DNA of 63,169 nt, filler included, from Octopus bimaculoides (taxonomy: Eukaryota), in NCBI RefSeq assembly GCF_001194135.2. It is 6 parts of 6 records of this genome, joined end to end, with 100 filler letters (N's around TTAATTAATTAA, not from the genome) between each part and the next. Parts side by side here need not be neighbours in the genome. Positions count along the whole stretch, not along the records: positions 42,546 to 52,181 come from NC_068981.1; positions 52,282 to 57,396 come from NC_069002.1; positions 57,497 to 63,169 come from NC_068983.1; 3 more parts are not named here. The stretch is one strand, 5' to 3'. Of the stretch, positions 51,622-63,169 are shown in pieces. The position numbers and the translations under genes are program-made. Below the pieces are notes generated by a model. It saw nothing but the letters and a program-made list of their open reading frames with translations, made no database searches and was not told where the DNA came from. Every line of letters begins with the position of its first letter. The first letter of the stretch is position 1.

Positions 51622-51860
51622 TCTATATACTACTAAAATTCGTGATTGCTTGCTTGTGAGCTTGTCTTTAATTTAATACACCCAAACTGGCGACATAATG
51701 GGAAAATACTCTGAAAGTAAAGTACCCCTGATATCTGCAACAAAACAAAATTGTAATTTAAATGTTTACCCACTCCTCAATCAAGCGAAGTAGTGTGTGC
51801 ATGTAAGAGAAAATATTTTTTAACAGAAAAGTATGCTATTAAAATGATTTATCGTTTACA
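51622..51860 (+). mobile_element. Possible non-autonomous Helitron 5' end
   Basis: A|TCTATATACTACTAAAA resembles Helitron 5' TC termini; no 3' end is visible (SINE-C then a gap follow). Confidence 0.3.
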
Positions 51861-52181
51861 TGTTGGCACTCCGTCGCTTACGACGACGAGGGTTCCAGTT
51901 GATCCGATCAACGGAACAGCCTGCTCGTGAAATTAACGTGCAAGTGGTTGAGCACTCCACAGACACGTGTACCCTTAACGTAGTTCTCGGGGATATTCAG
52001 CGTGACACAGTGTGACAAGGCTGGCCCTTTGAATTACAGGCACAACAGAAACAGGAAGTAAGAGTGAGAGACAGTTGTGGTGAAAGGGTACAGCAGGGTT
52101 CGCCACCACCCCCTGCCGGAGCCTCGTGGAGCTTTAGGTGTTTTCGCTCAATAAACACTCACAACGCCCGGTCTGGGAATC
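51861..52181 (-). mobile_element. SINE-C, head cut by gap
   Basis: Near-identical to the 19158 and 55782 copies. Confidence 0.92.
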
Positions 52182-52431
52182 NNNNNNNNNNNNNNNNNNN
52201 NNNNNNNNNNNNNNNNNNNNNNNNNTTAATTAATTAANNNNNNNNNNNNNNNNNNNNNNNNNNNNNNNNNNNNNNNNNNNNATATTTCAACCTCATGAAA
52301 ATACATTTAATATCTGCGCATTGTGATCTAACGTTTATTTTTTACACATGTACAGCTTGTGGCTGTGTATGTGAGTGTGTGTGTGTGTGTTGAAACTCTA
52401 TGCAAATACGCATGTGCGTGTGTGTGTGTGA

Positions 52432-52465
<34 letters not shown>

Positions 52466-53116
52466 ATGTAAGTAGTTGTTTTTGCATGACAGCCAGCCAA
52501 CTAGCCAGCCAACCAGCCAACCAGCCAGCCAGACAGCCAGCCAGCCAGGCAGACAGACAGAAGAATGTTTCACAACACACAAGGACATTATTTGAGGGCG
52601 GCCGTCTTGAGATGTGATGAAAGGACATCTGTTTAGCAACAGTTATCTACTTAATACAAACAAACGAAACTGATAGCAAAGCCTTTTGCTCTCTTGTTAT
52701 TGTTGTTGTTCTTGCTGGTTGCTGCTGTTGCTCTTTTTGCCTTCATCTTTTTTTCTTTTTCCTTTCTTTTTTATGTTACCAAATTAGTAATAAGTTGTTC
52801 TGTGAGTCATGAAATAGCGTTTTATAACAGTTTCGCAGCCGAAATTATGCTTTCAAGTAGCTTCTGTCGACAATTTCAATGGACGTCTTCCCCAAGTCCT
52901 CCATTTAACGCCAGCGTCTGAAGGTTTGCCATTTACTGAAGATAAACGAAAATGATGACAGCTTCGTCATCACCAATAGTAGCTTCAGTGGCGGACTCAA
53001 TTATAATCCGACGAACCAGCACGCCAAGAAGGACTATCAAGCTGATTAGGAAGAACGTGTTCAATATTTGTGGTTAAATTGTTAGTACTTAACCTGTTAT
53101 ATACTAATTATACTAA

Positions 53117-53318
53117 TTATCTTTTATCTTTTAATCGTCTACTCGTTTCAGTCATTGGACTGCAGTCATACTGGAGTCACTGCATTGAAGGGTTCTAGTT
53201 GAATGGATCGAGCCCAGTACTTATTTTAAAGCTTGTTAGTTATTCTATCACCTTTTTTGCCGAACCGCTAGTTTACAGGGGCGTAATAAACTAACACTTG
53301 TTGTCGAACGGTAGGGGA

Positions 53319-53330
<12 letters not shown>
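53117..53330 (-). mobile_element. Diverged SINE-A-like 3' half
   Basis: gtttcagtcattggactgcagtcatactggag, ttttgccgaaccgctag, gttgtcgaacggtaggggacaaac. Confidence 0.7.
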
Positions 53331-53355
<25 letters not shown>

Positions 53356-54689
53356 GTGACACGGACGCCTCTACTGATTATCATAATTATATATGCATTA
53401 GAGATGTCAATAATGAAACTTAGAGCATTTCTATTTCGTGCTAAGTACATATATTAAATATATTGACTTATTTCAAACCCTATAACTTGCATTTCTGAGA
53501 TGTACCCTATATAAACCAACTTTTGCCACAGTTAAACGATGTTTGCTATTTTTGTTTAGTCTTACCTCCAAGATCTGCCACAATTTTGCGATCATTTGCA
53601 TGGTTCTGTAACCACTGCTGACCAAAATTTTCAAAAATCGCCATTCACATTATTGCGTTTAGTAATATTATTTCTTTATAACCCCATTCGGTGGTGTTTT
53701 CCTTCATCTTTCAACTCATACTTTTGAGCATGCGCTCTTTGTCAATTCAGAGTACGTTATCACAATGGTACAATAAACCATTTCGTTGCTCTTCGAAATT
53801 TCTCTAAAATTTTTGTTGGAGTCAAAATTTTTGTTTGTTTGATCATTTTAATCGCAGAACTCAATCTTAGGAATTGCTGTTTAAGATCTAGTTGATGGCG
53901 TTTCGAATCTTTTATCAAAGCCGCAAGTTCATTTTCTTAAGATCCAGTCATCTGTAAAGAAACCGCTTAGTTTTTCACAGGACAAATGAAAATCCCATAT
54001 TTCTGAATTGACTTCCCAAAAATATCACCAATTATGATAATCCCAAATTAATTTTCGCTTGTCCTAAAGTTTACTGTCACTTCCTACCTCCACTACAAAT
54101 CTGACCAGTTGTGCTGGATTCGCCATGACTGTTATTTCATATTCAGCTTAAGAATAAAACACGCATTTTGAAATAGCAAGCAGTACATCATAATGAAGAC
54201 ACACCATGTAAGCTCTGATTAGCTTCGGTATTCATCCTGAGAGAGTATTTCTTATGGACGTACACTGTTAAGACAAAAACACTTGAATATTGTCAGACAT
54301 ATTTTTACAGTCTGAAACGTGTTGAACTCAAATATTCTTAGTTTGAAAATTTTCTGGAATTTACATTCTTGCAATAATAATGCTGCCCTCGTCATCAAAT
54401 TCTCTTTCGATGTGCAGCTTCATCTTATTTGTAATTAACATTTCACATGCTACTCGCGTTACGAAACTATTTTAATTTATTTGTTAAAAATAGATTATTG
54501 ATTACGCAAATGTTGTCTTAATAAACATACTGCTACTGCTCCTACTGAAATTTAGATGCAGTCTCTTTCAGTTTATTATAATGCATGTATTTGGTGAAAT
54601 GGCAGTATCAAGAAATGTCATTTTGATAAACAAAAATCAATTTTTCACAAATAACACACACTTACAATTCATATTTATTCATTTTTTAC

Positions 54690-54880
54690 TTGTTTCTGGG
54701 GCACCACATAGCAGGGCTTTAACCGAACAAATTGTTCCCAGTACTTATCAGTACGTATTTTTTAAAGTTTGGTATTTATTTTATTGGTACCTTTTGTAAA
54801 ACCGTTAAGTTACTGGGACATGAACAAACAAACACCGGTTGTCAAGCGTTGGTGGAGGACAAACACAAAAACGCACACCC
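54690..54880 (-). mobile_element. Diverged SINE-A-like 3' half
   Basis: cccagtacttat, aaaaccgttaagttactgggac, caccggttgtcaagcgttggtgg. Confidence 0.65.
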
Positions 54881-54938
54881 ATATATATATAGAGACTTGG
54901 AAATGGAGGCGTGGCGTTCAATTAAATAATAAATAGTA

Positions 54939-54969
<31 letters not shown>

Positions 54970-55781
54970 NNNNNNNNNNNNNNNNNNNNNNNNNNNNNNN
55001 NNNNNNNNNNNNNNNNNNNNNNNNNNNNNNNNNNNNNNNNNNNNNNNNNNNNNNNNNNNNNNNNNNNNNNNNNNNNNNNNNNNNNNNNNNNNNNNNNNNN
55101 NNNNNNNNNNNNNNNNNNNNNNNNNNNNNNNNNNNNNNNNNNNNNNNNNNNNNNNNNNNNNNNNNNNNNNNNNNNNNNNNNNNNNNNNNNNNNNNNNNNN
55201 NNNNNNNNNNNNNNNNNNNNNNNNNNNNNNNNNNNNNNNNNNNNNNNNNNNNNNNNNNNNNNNNNNNNNNNNNNNNNNNNNNNNNNNNNNNNNNNNNNNN
55301 NNNNNNNNNNNNNNNNNNNNNNNNNNNNNNNNNNNNNNNNNNNNNNNNNNNNNNNNNNNNNNNNNNNNNNNNNNNNNNNNNNNNNNNNNNNNNNNNNNNN
55401 NNNNNNNNNNNNNNNNNNNNNNNNNNNNNNNNNNNNNNNNNNNNNNNNNNNNNNNNNNNNNNNNNNNNNNNNNNNNNNNNNNNNNNNNNNNNNNNNNNNN
55501 NNNNNNNNNNNNNNNNNNNNNNNNNNNNNNNNNNNNNNNNNNNNNNNNNNNNNNNNNNNNNNNNNNNNNNNNNNNNNNNNNNNNNNNNNNNNNNNNNNNN
55601 NNNNNNNNNNNNNNNNNNNNNNNNNNNNNNNNNNNNNNNNNNNNNNNNNNNNNNNNNNNNNNNNNNNNNNNNNNNNNNNNNNNNNNNNNNNNNNNNNNNN
55701 NNNNTATTGAGCTAAAAATCATGAAAAAGAAACGGGGAATGAATCGCTAACTGTTAATTAGGTGTTATTGAGATATGCTGT

Positions 55782-56169
55782 GGAGGCGCAATGGCCCAGT
55801 GGTTAGGGCAACGGACTCGCGGTCATAGGATCACGTTTTCAATTCCCAGACAGGGAGTTGTGAGTGTTTATTGAGCGAAAACACCTAAAGCACCACGAGG
55901 CTCCGGCAGGGGTGAACCCTGCTGTACTCTTCCACCACAACTTTCTCTCACTCTTACTTCCTGTTTCTGCTGTGCCTATAATTCAAAGGGTCAGCCTTGT
56001 CACACTGTGTCACGCTGAATATCCCCGAGAACTACGTTAAGGGTACACGTGTCTGTGGAGTGCTCAGCCACTTGCACGTTAATTTCACGAGCAGGCTGTT
56101 CCGTTGATCGGATCAACTGGAACCCTCGACGTCGTAAGCGACGGAGTGCCAACAACAACAACAACAACA
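55782..56169 (+). mobile_element. SINE-C full length with (CAA)n tail
   Basis: ggaggcgcaatggcccagtggttaggg through gacggagtgccaacaacaacaac. Confidence 0.93.
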
Positions 56170-56477
56170 TTTTGCGATTGTCAATCATGGTCAGAAAGTC
56201 GTTTGATAAAATAATGGTTATCGTATGAATAATTTGGCATCGGATCTTCAATACTGATATGCAGCATTTTTTACGCTTCCTTTGTCAGGAAGAAGTTTAT
56301 GACTCGCACATCTAGGGTTGCAGATAAAGTGTGGCAGAACAAAGACTCGAAGTCTGAGGATTGCTCAATTTGAGGTGTGACAGAAAAGTTGAATAACCAA
56401 CTGGCAGAAACAACTGGTACTTTACATGTAAGTGTAGCAGAAGACTTGTATCACAACGCATTCATGTATATATCATA

Positions 56478-56896
56478 GGCGTAGGAGTGGCTGTGTGGTA
56501 AGTAGCTTGCTTACCAACCACATGGTTCCGGTTTCAGTCCCACTGCGTGGCACCTTGGGCAAGTGTCTTCTACTATATCCTCGGGCCGACCAAAGCCTTG
56601 TGAGTGGATTTGGTAGACGGAAACTGAAAGAAGCCTGTCGTATATATGTGTATATATATATGTGTGTGTGTGTATGTTTGTGTGTCTGTGTTCGTCCCCC
56701 CCCCAACATCGCTTGACAACCGATGGTAGTGTGTTTACGTCCCCGTAACTTAGCGGTTCGGCAAAAAGAGACAGATAGAATAAGTACCAGGCTTACAAAG
56801 AATAAGTCCTGGGGTCGATTTGCTCGACTAAAGGCGGTGCTCCAGCATGGCTGCAGTCAAATGACTGAGACAAGTAAAAGAGTAAAAGAGTAAGAG
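56478..56896 (+). mobile_element. SINE-A full length
   Basis: ggcgtaggagtggctgtgtgg through gtaaaagagtaaaagagtaagag. Confidence 0.93.
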
Positions 56897-57496
56897 TATA
56901 CATGCATACACATACACACAGACTCACACACACGCACGCGCATGCGCACGCACACGCACACGCACACATATATATATATATATGGATGTGTGTATATATT
57001 TTTACATATATAACACGTACATGCATGCGTATTTACAGAAATGCATGTACACGTATATAAATACATACATACATGCAATTAAAATGTAACCTTTGAAATA
57101 TATACATCTCTCAAATTAAATCAGTATGAACATGGAAACATATGCTAGTAACAGTTTTGATTAATTAAAACTGCTCGATGTACTTATTAACCCCACCCTA
57201 AAGATTCATGACAAACAGGAATGTAGAGAGGTTTACACTGATCTGCACTTCCATGGAATCGCGGCCGTTTTAATGTTGATGCTTATTGCTGCGTGCGCGC
57301 GCGCTCAGGAGCAGGAGGTTCTGTCAATCTCGCTCACACTCACCCTCGATATGTATGTGCATATGTATGTCTGCATTTGTGTCTGAATATATATATNNNN
57401 NNNNNNNNNNNNNNNNNNNNNNNNNNNNNNNNNNNNNNNNTTAATTAATTAANNNNNNNNNNNNNNNNNNNNNNNNNNNNNNNNNNNNNNNNNNNN

Positions 57497-57877
57497 TTGT
57501 TTCTGGGGTTGTATGTGGATATGTACGGCAGTATTTTCGGGGAATGTGTGTTGCTGTGTTTAACTTTTCTTAAGTTTTCTATGTTAATTTGTGATGCACG
57601 TCTGATTCCATCCTCTATGAGTTGGACTGGGTAGTGTCTGTCAATTAGTGTGTTTTTGAGTTTTTGTAGTCTGTAGTCTCTAGTATTTTCTTCTGACACT
57701 ATTGTGCATATCCTTCTTGCAAGGTTGAAGGGGACGTTTGTCTTGGTGTGTCTTGGGTGGCATGAATCAAATAGTAGATATTGTTTGGCGTCTGTAGTTT
57801 TGTAAAATATGTCCGTTTCTATTTTTAGGTTTATTTTACAAAACCAAGGACGCCAAACAATATCTACTATTTGATTC
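57497..57877 (-). mobile_element. Penelope-like element RT thumb/linker fragment with inverted 5' duplication
   Basis: IETDIFYKTTDAKQYLLFDSCHPRHTKTNVPFNLARRICTIVSE...LPYISTYNP is a typical PLE motif set; runs into a gap. Confidence 0.88.
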
Positions 57878-58259
57878 CGATTTTTTTGCAGCAATATAAT
57901 AGTTTCACTTTTCATAACACTATAGTTTCACTTTTCTCGTTTCAGTTTTCATTCACTAATTGTTTCGCTTTTATTCTTACTGTCTTTCTATCGGTCTGTG
58001 TTTCCTCTATGCAAAGCCAAACCGCTGGATCAATCTGTACCAAATTTGGCTATCTAGAAATTACGTCGGTTTTGTTTTTTCGCTTTAATGGTAAATCATT
58101 CTGAAACGCTTTTTAATTGTGGTAATGGAACAAGAGGTTTAAAGAAAAAGGAACAGTAAGCTTTCTAAATAACAAAAGGTCTTCATACGGACACACGCTT
58201 ACATACTGTAGGATATCTTTCAATTTATACGATAAACTTTATAAATTTTAAAGTTCAAT

Positions 58260-59515
58260 ATTCTCGTGACATAAGTTAGAGATATCAGCATGATATATTC
58301 AAATAATTGTTCGTGGAATGGACCTAATAAAATTAGCTAGAGTACACTCGACAATGCTCTTCTCAATATGTGTGACGTACCAGTTAAGACAAGCTTTTGC
58401 ACTTCCTGCATGGATGGTAAGCCAGAGATCATTCTTAAATAATTTTCAGTTCGTTTTTTGATCATTCCAAGTGCTCCTACAATCACTGGTATTGTAATCG
58501 TCTTGAAATGCCACATCATTCCGATTTCGATTAGCAAATCTTTATATTTTCTGAGCTTATCAAATTCTTTTGCCGAGATATTATGTTCACAGGGTATGCT
58601 CATGTCAATCAATAAACAAACTTTATTGCTTTTGACTTTCACAACAATATCTGGTTTATTTGCTTTGATGGTCAGGTCTGTACATACTGGGAAGTCCCAA
58701 AGAATAGTTCCATTTACTCCCTCAGTTACAGCTTCAGGGTAGTGCTTGCATTTGTCAGCAGTTTTGATTTTATAATGCCGACACATTTTCCTATGTAGAT
58801 ACTGGCCAACTCTGTCATGTCTTGATTTGTACTCTACAGGTGCTAAAACCTTACATCGAGAGATTAGGTGGTTGACTGTTTCTATCCCATCGTTGCAGTA
58901 TCGGCACTTTGGGTCTACACCATTTTCATCACATTGGCTTGATAGTTTCGGGTCAATAAGCACTGATCTTGTGCAGCCAAGATAAAGCCTTCACTCTCTG
59001 CCTCTAGCCCTGAGCTCCGAAGCCACTGATGGGTGAGCTTCAGGTCTACATCAGTTTGTTTGCTACGGGCCACATATCTGTCATGCAGAGGTTTTCGTTC
59101 CCACCTATCAGCCAATTGTTCAAGCGCATTTTACTTTGCTATTGATTTCACCGTTGCAACTACAGTTGGTGCACTTCCCTCATGTTGTTCAGCCTAGGTA
59201 TTATGCGTAAACTCACTTGAAAATTTGTTGCTCTCCATAACAGAATGAAGCTTCTTATGTCTTTCATGGTTTTGAACGAGCTTTAGCATCCAGTCGTTAG
59301 ATGTTTCAAGATATTTTGCCAGTTCAATTGTGGTGGTTTTGTAGGAGATTTCAAATTGGATCAAGCCTCGACCTCCTTGAGCTCTGGATAACTAAAGACG
59401 ATCTGCGTCTGCCTTTGGTTGGTGCATCTTATTGCAAGTCAACAGCTTACGGATTTTCTTGTCAATCTTCCTTATTTCGCTCATATTCTAGTTCAACACA
59501 TTGAAACTGTAAATA
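58260..59515 (-). mobile_element. R4/Dong-type RLE LINE 3' fragment (best preserved copy)
   Basis: GGRGL; W..KPLH.RY; WLRSSGL.AESEG.I.AAQDQ; CRYC...IETVNHLIS.C; RHD; ILWDFP..TD..IKANKPDIV; LIDMSIP; KYKDL; GTSHILR. Confidence 0.92.
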
Positions 59516-59604
59516 ACAACCGGAACTGCTTAGGAATTTATAGCTAACACCTTGTTACGTGCATTTAACTCAGATTTTACGACTGCTCGAACTCTCCTGT
59601 TTAG

Positions 59605-59844
59605 GACTGCTCGAACTCAAACAACATAGGAAACGAACCCATATACACGCACAAACACACTTACGCTAACTTCACAGACGACCGCAGCAATATCAACATG
59701 ACCAACAACAACGGTAACAACAACAACTACTACCACGATGGCAGAAGCGTTGGCGAACACACAAACACAGTGAGTTACAAGAACGGTACAAAGAGTTGGG
59801 TTCAAGAGCAGGAGCAGCAGCAACGGGATAGGGGACGGGGCTGA
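59605..59844 (+). CDS. Candidate host exon (unverified), Asn/Gln-rich
   Basis: Acceptor ctctcctgtttag|, then 79 open codons DCSNSNNIGNEPIYTHKHTYANFTDDRSNINMTNNNG...RGRG*; alternative donor |gtgagt at 59770. Confidence 0.3.
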   Translation, partial: DCSNSNNIGNEPIYTHKHTYANFTDDRSNINMTNNNGNNNNYYHDGRSVGEHTNTVSYKNGTKSWVQEQEQQQRDRGRG

Positions 59845-59914
59845 GAGAAGGGTCATAGTGCTACTGAGAATAATGACACACACACACATCCACACACACA
59901 CACACACACGCGCG

Positions 59915-60320
59915 CACAGTTACGATGGGATTTTGTTCTACCAGGGTTTGCAGGACGTCCTCGTTGAGCTCTACAGATCTTCTGAGATGAAGCACCTCTT
60001 CTCGACTGTAGTTTCCGGCTCGGAATTTCTGGAACCACTGTTGACACTGGCTTACGCTTATTGTTTGATCCCCATGTGCTGCATTAATATTCATCGCACT
60101 TTCCATTGCGTTGTTGCCTTTATTGAACTCATAAAACAAAATATGCCGAATATGCTCCATTGTCACTTCCATTATAGCTTTGAAAAAATAACTGCTAAAA
60201 TCGAACTGCACTCTTCAAAACTTACACTAAGAATAACTACAAGGTAAAATTACTACCTTCTTTTATAGCAAGTTGATGCAGGTAGTTTATCCCCCTCCGA
60301 CTTTTAGTTCATACAATTGA
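59915..60320 (-). mobile_element. Mariner 5' fragment (two HTHs)
   Basis: MEVTMEHIRHILFYEFNKGNNAMESAMNIN...QWFQKFRAGNYS...ELNEDVLQTLVEQNPIVTV; truncated at (GT)n. Confidence 0.88.
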
Positions 60321-60331
60321 AAAAATCACAT

Positions 60332-60332
<1 letters not shown>

Positions 60333-60411
<79 letters not shown>

Positions 60412-60425
60412 AAGAAAGAGAGAGT

Positions 60426-60455
<30 letters not shown>
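60333..60455. repeat. Compound (GATA)n(GA)n(GAAA)n(GATA)n microsatellite
   Basis: Direct reading. Confidence 0.95.
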
Positions 60456-60456
<1 letters not shown>

Positions 60457-60748
60457 GCAGGAGTGGCTTTATTGTAAGAGGCTTGCTTCCTAACCACAAG
60501 GTGCTGGGTTCAGTTCCACTGCGTTGTACTTTGTGTGTGGGGGGGGGGTTGTTTGTTCCCACCACCACTTGTCAACGGTGATGGTGTTTATGTCCCCGAT
60601 TCCGCAGAAGAGACCGATAGAATAAGTACCAAGTTTAAAAAGAATGAATGAACTGGGGTCAATTCATTCTACGAAACATACTCCAAAGTGCTTCCTTGGC
60701 ATAGCCGTAGCCAAATTCTTGAAAGAAGTAAAAAAAATAAAAGAATAC
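60456..60748 (+). mobile_element. Diverged, centrally deleted SINE-A-like copy
   Basis: gcaggagtggc, gggttcagttccactgcg, gagaccgatagaataagtacc. Confidence 0.7.
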
Positions 60749-60829
60749 GTTCTTTTTTTGTAACGTGTAATTATTGATACATCAATCCTAAATTGGATAT
60801 GTTGTTTAGAACTCCTTAAACTTCGGTAA

Positions 60830-63131
60830 ACATCTGTGGATGCCATCTTCTGTTGACGAAATATGCTAATTAATCACCGATTATACCGGCTGACGAAATT
60901 ATCATTTCTCCCGATTAATGGCACTATTGCATCGCGTGACTTCACTTTTAATAGTAGATCAATGGCTATAGCCAGCCCTGCGCTGAACTCTTTTTTTGCG
61001 GAGATTACTTATCGTTTCATTCATCTGACATTTGTAATCTCTTTGTTGTTTTGATTTAATTTTCTTAATACAATATTACATACAATATTACATAAGCACT
61101 GATCAGTTATGCCACGTGGAAATAGACGAGGATCATCGTGGTCAAGAGATGATGTCAAAAGGTGTTGAGAAGCAGCAAGGGCAAGAAGACAACATGAAAT
61201 AGCTGAGATAACGGCAGAACGATTGCAGGATAACATAGTCAAGCAACAAAGGAGACAGGGAGAGACTGAGGACGATAGGAATGCACGTCTCCAGGATATG
61301 AGACAAAGAACAAATAGCAGAAGACTTGCAGAAACGCCTGAGATGAAAGCTGCACGACTCTTAAACAACAGGGTGAGGAAAAAAGAAGGTCAGAGGAAGC
61401 AATGAAAGGAAATGGATCTACTCTTTCTACTGGTTAGATGTGATGAATAAAATATGCTCTTACTGTCGTGCATTCTTATTCCAAGGCGAAACTAAAAATT
61501 TCTGCTGCATGAAAGGAAAAGTTTGTGTTGACAATTTACAACCTCTACCAAATGTACTTATCCATTTATACAACAGTGATGACCATCTTGCAAAATAATT
61601 CAGGAAGTACAACAGCCTCTTCCAAATGACATCATTCGGTGGGAAAGAAGTTATTCCTAAACGAAACATGGAGTTTCTCCGTTGTCATTCATGGCCAAAT
61701 CCATCACTATATTGGACAGTTACTGCCAGACCCAAATCAACAAGGTAAATTCCTTCAAGTTTATTTCATGGACCCTCAAGACAGCATCGAGTTGAGAATG
61801 GAGATACTCAGGAATCATGGAATTCCGATACGGCAAATTTGCTCCGTAATACAAAGGTTATTGTGAGGGATGAGTGCCCAATGATTAGCGGAGAGAGCTT
61901 CGAAGCCGTGGATCGCACTCTTTGTGATGTTTGCAACATGGATGAACCATCTGGTGGAATTTTAACCGTTTACTGTGGTGATTTCCGTCAGCTTCTACGT
62001 GTTGTGATACAAGGAAATGATGCTGATGCATGAAGACATCCTTCTTATGGAGAAGCTTCGTAAAGTTCAGACTGAATACAAATATGTGATTGAGGGAGGA
62101 AGACGGTAGATATTCTAGGTTCCTATTAGATGTTGAAGAGGACAGGCTTAGGAAAAACGATGATGATGAAATCGATTTACCTGAAGATATGGTTTTGCCC
62201 ACTAGAACTATGGCCGAATGCATTTATTTAATTTATCCAACATTCAACAACCCTGCAGATTTGTTCTCCAAGAATTGTATCTTGGTGCCTCTCAATGAAA
62301 TGGTGAGAATAATCAATTCAGAATGTATCATATCATTCCTAGGAACAATGAAAGAATACCCTTCATTCAATGCTGTGAGTGAAGAAGCTAATGTTACTCA
62401 TTTTCCTTTAGAATTCCTTAATTCACTTGAACTGTCAGGATTACCACCACTTGAACTGAAGAGAGGATCTTCTAAAATTTCAATGAGAAACTTAAATCCT
62501 CCAAGGCTTTGCAATGGAACACGGATGATTGTACAAGAAATGTACGAGAAGCTAATCTAGCAACGGTCAATGCTGGTGCATTCAAAAATGACATTGTTAT
62601 GATTCCTAGAATTAAACTTAATACATCAGAAGGTGAAGATATACCTATTCAGCGAACCCAGCTCCCAATACAGTCATGTTTTGCAATTACGATACATAAA
62701 GCACAAGGACGGACCGTGCAGAATGTCTTTAAAAAATCTTGAAAAGCCAATATTCCAGCATGGCCTGCTGTATGTGCCTTTAAGCCGGAGAATAAGGAAT
62801 GAAAATGTTAAAGTATTCTTGAAGGAAGGCGGATCTACCAGAAATGCTGTCATAAAATATGTTCTCTTTTAAATAACCAAGGGGTAAAGTTGTCTCTATT
62901 CTTTATTACAGAAAACAATATCAATATCCTTTCAGCCATTGCATTCATACTCACAATTTTCTTCAGACATTAAATTGATTACTATTGTTTGGATTTGGAT
63001 AGTTTCAATTATATAAGTTCAGAAGTTAGGTTAAATATATAAATATGCATAAGTACCATTAATTCCCATTCTACAAAGTGGTAAACAATTCCGTGAATAC
63101 ATTACCAGGCAACGCTGGGTAGTAAGTCTAG
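60830..63131 (+). mobile_element. Internally deleted Helitron (STPR-like repeats, N-terminal Cys region, PIF1 helicase C-part, intact 3' end); 5' boundary uncertain
   Basis: ETEDDRNARL repeats; CCMKGKV, YNSLFQMTSFG, HGQIHH.IG, FLQVYF; IVRDECPM, GDFRQLL, MRNLNPPRLCNGTR, FAITIHKAQG, HG.LYV.LSR; 3' ccaggcaacgctggg hairpin and CTAG|T at 63128-63132. Confidence 0.9.
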
Positions 63132-63169
63132 TATGTATGTGTGTGGGTTTGTGTGTGTACATAATACAT

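Noticed and set aside
56269-56430. Strong acceptor (cttcctttgtcag) and a later gtaagt donor
   Set aside because: All three frames hit stops before the donor; at best a non-coding exon, with no further support.

Overview
AT-rich, gapped eukaryotic draft-scaffold window. The microsatellite load and repeat families suggest a cephalopod, probably Octopus (inference, no search run). It looks intronic or intergenic: I find no intact multi-exon gene, rRNA, bona fide tRNA or CRISPR array, and most ORF-track entries are translations of microsatellites or N-gaps. The window is a dense set of mobile elements. There are four tRNA-derived SINE families (working labels SINE-A to SINE-D), four decayed DD37D (maT) Tc1/mariner copies, two mariner 5' fragments, and a 3-kb Buster/Charlie hAT inserted into the third catalytic Asp codon of a maT transposase. 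There are also hAT and Tc1/mariner MITEs, several fold-back elements, three R4/Dong-type RLE LINE fragments, CR1, Penelope and Gypsy remnants, and an internally deleted Helitron with a recognisable 3' end. Best second-look items: the hAT-in-maT nest, a hammerhead-like motif in a Penelope-terminus-like repeat, SINE-B re-inserting into its own target site, the Rep-less Helitron, and a few unverified exon candidates. Five 44N-TTAATTAATTAA-44N blocks and one gap-flanking duplication are assembly artefacts. I did not find a convincing wholly new biological system. Boundaries of decayed elements are approximate.
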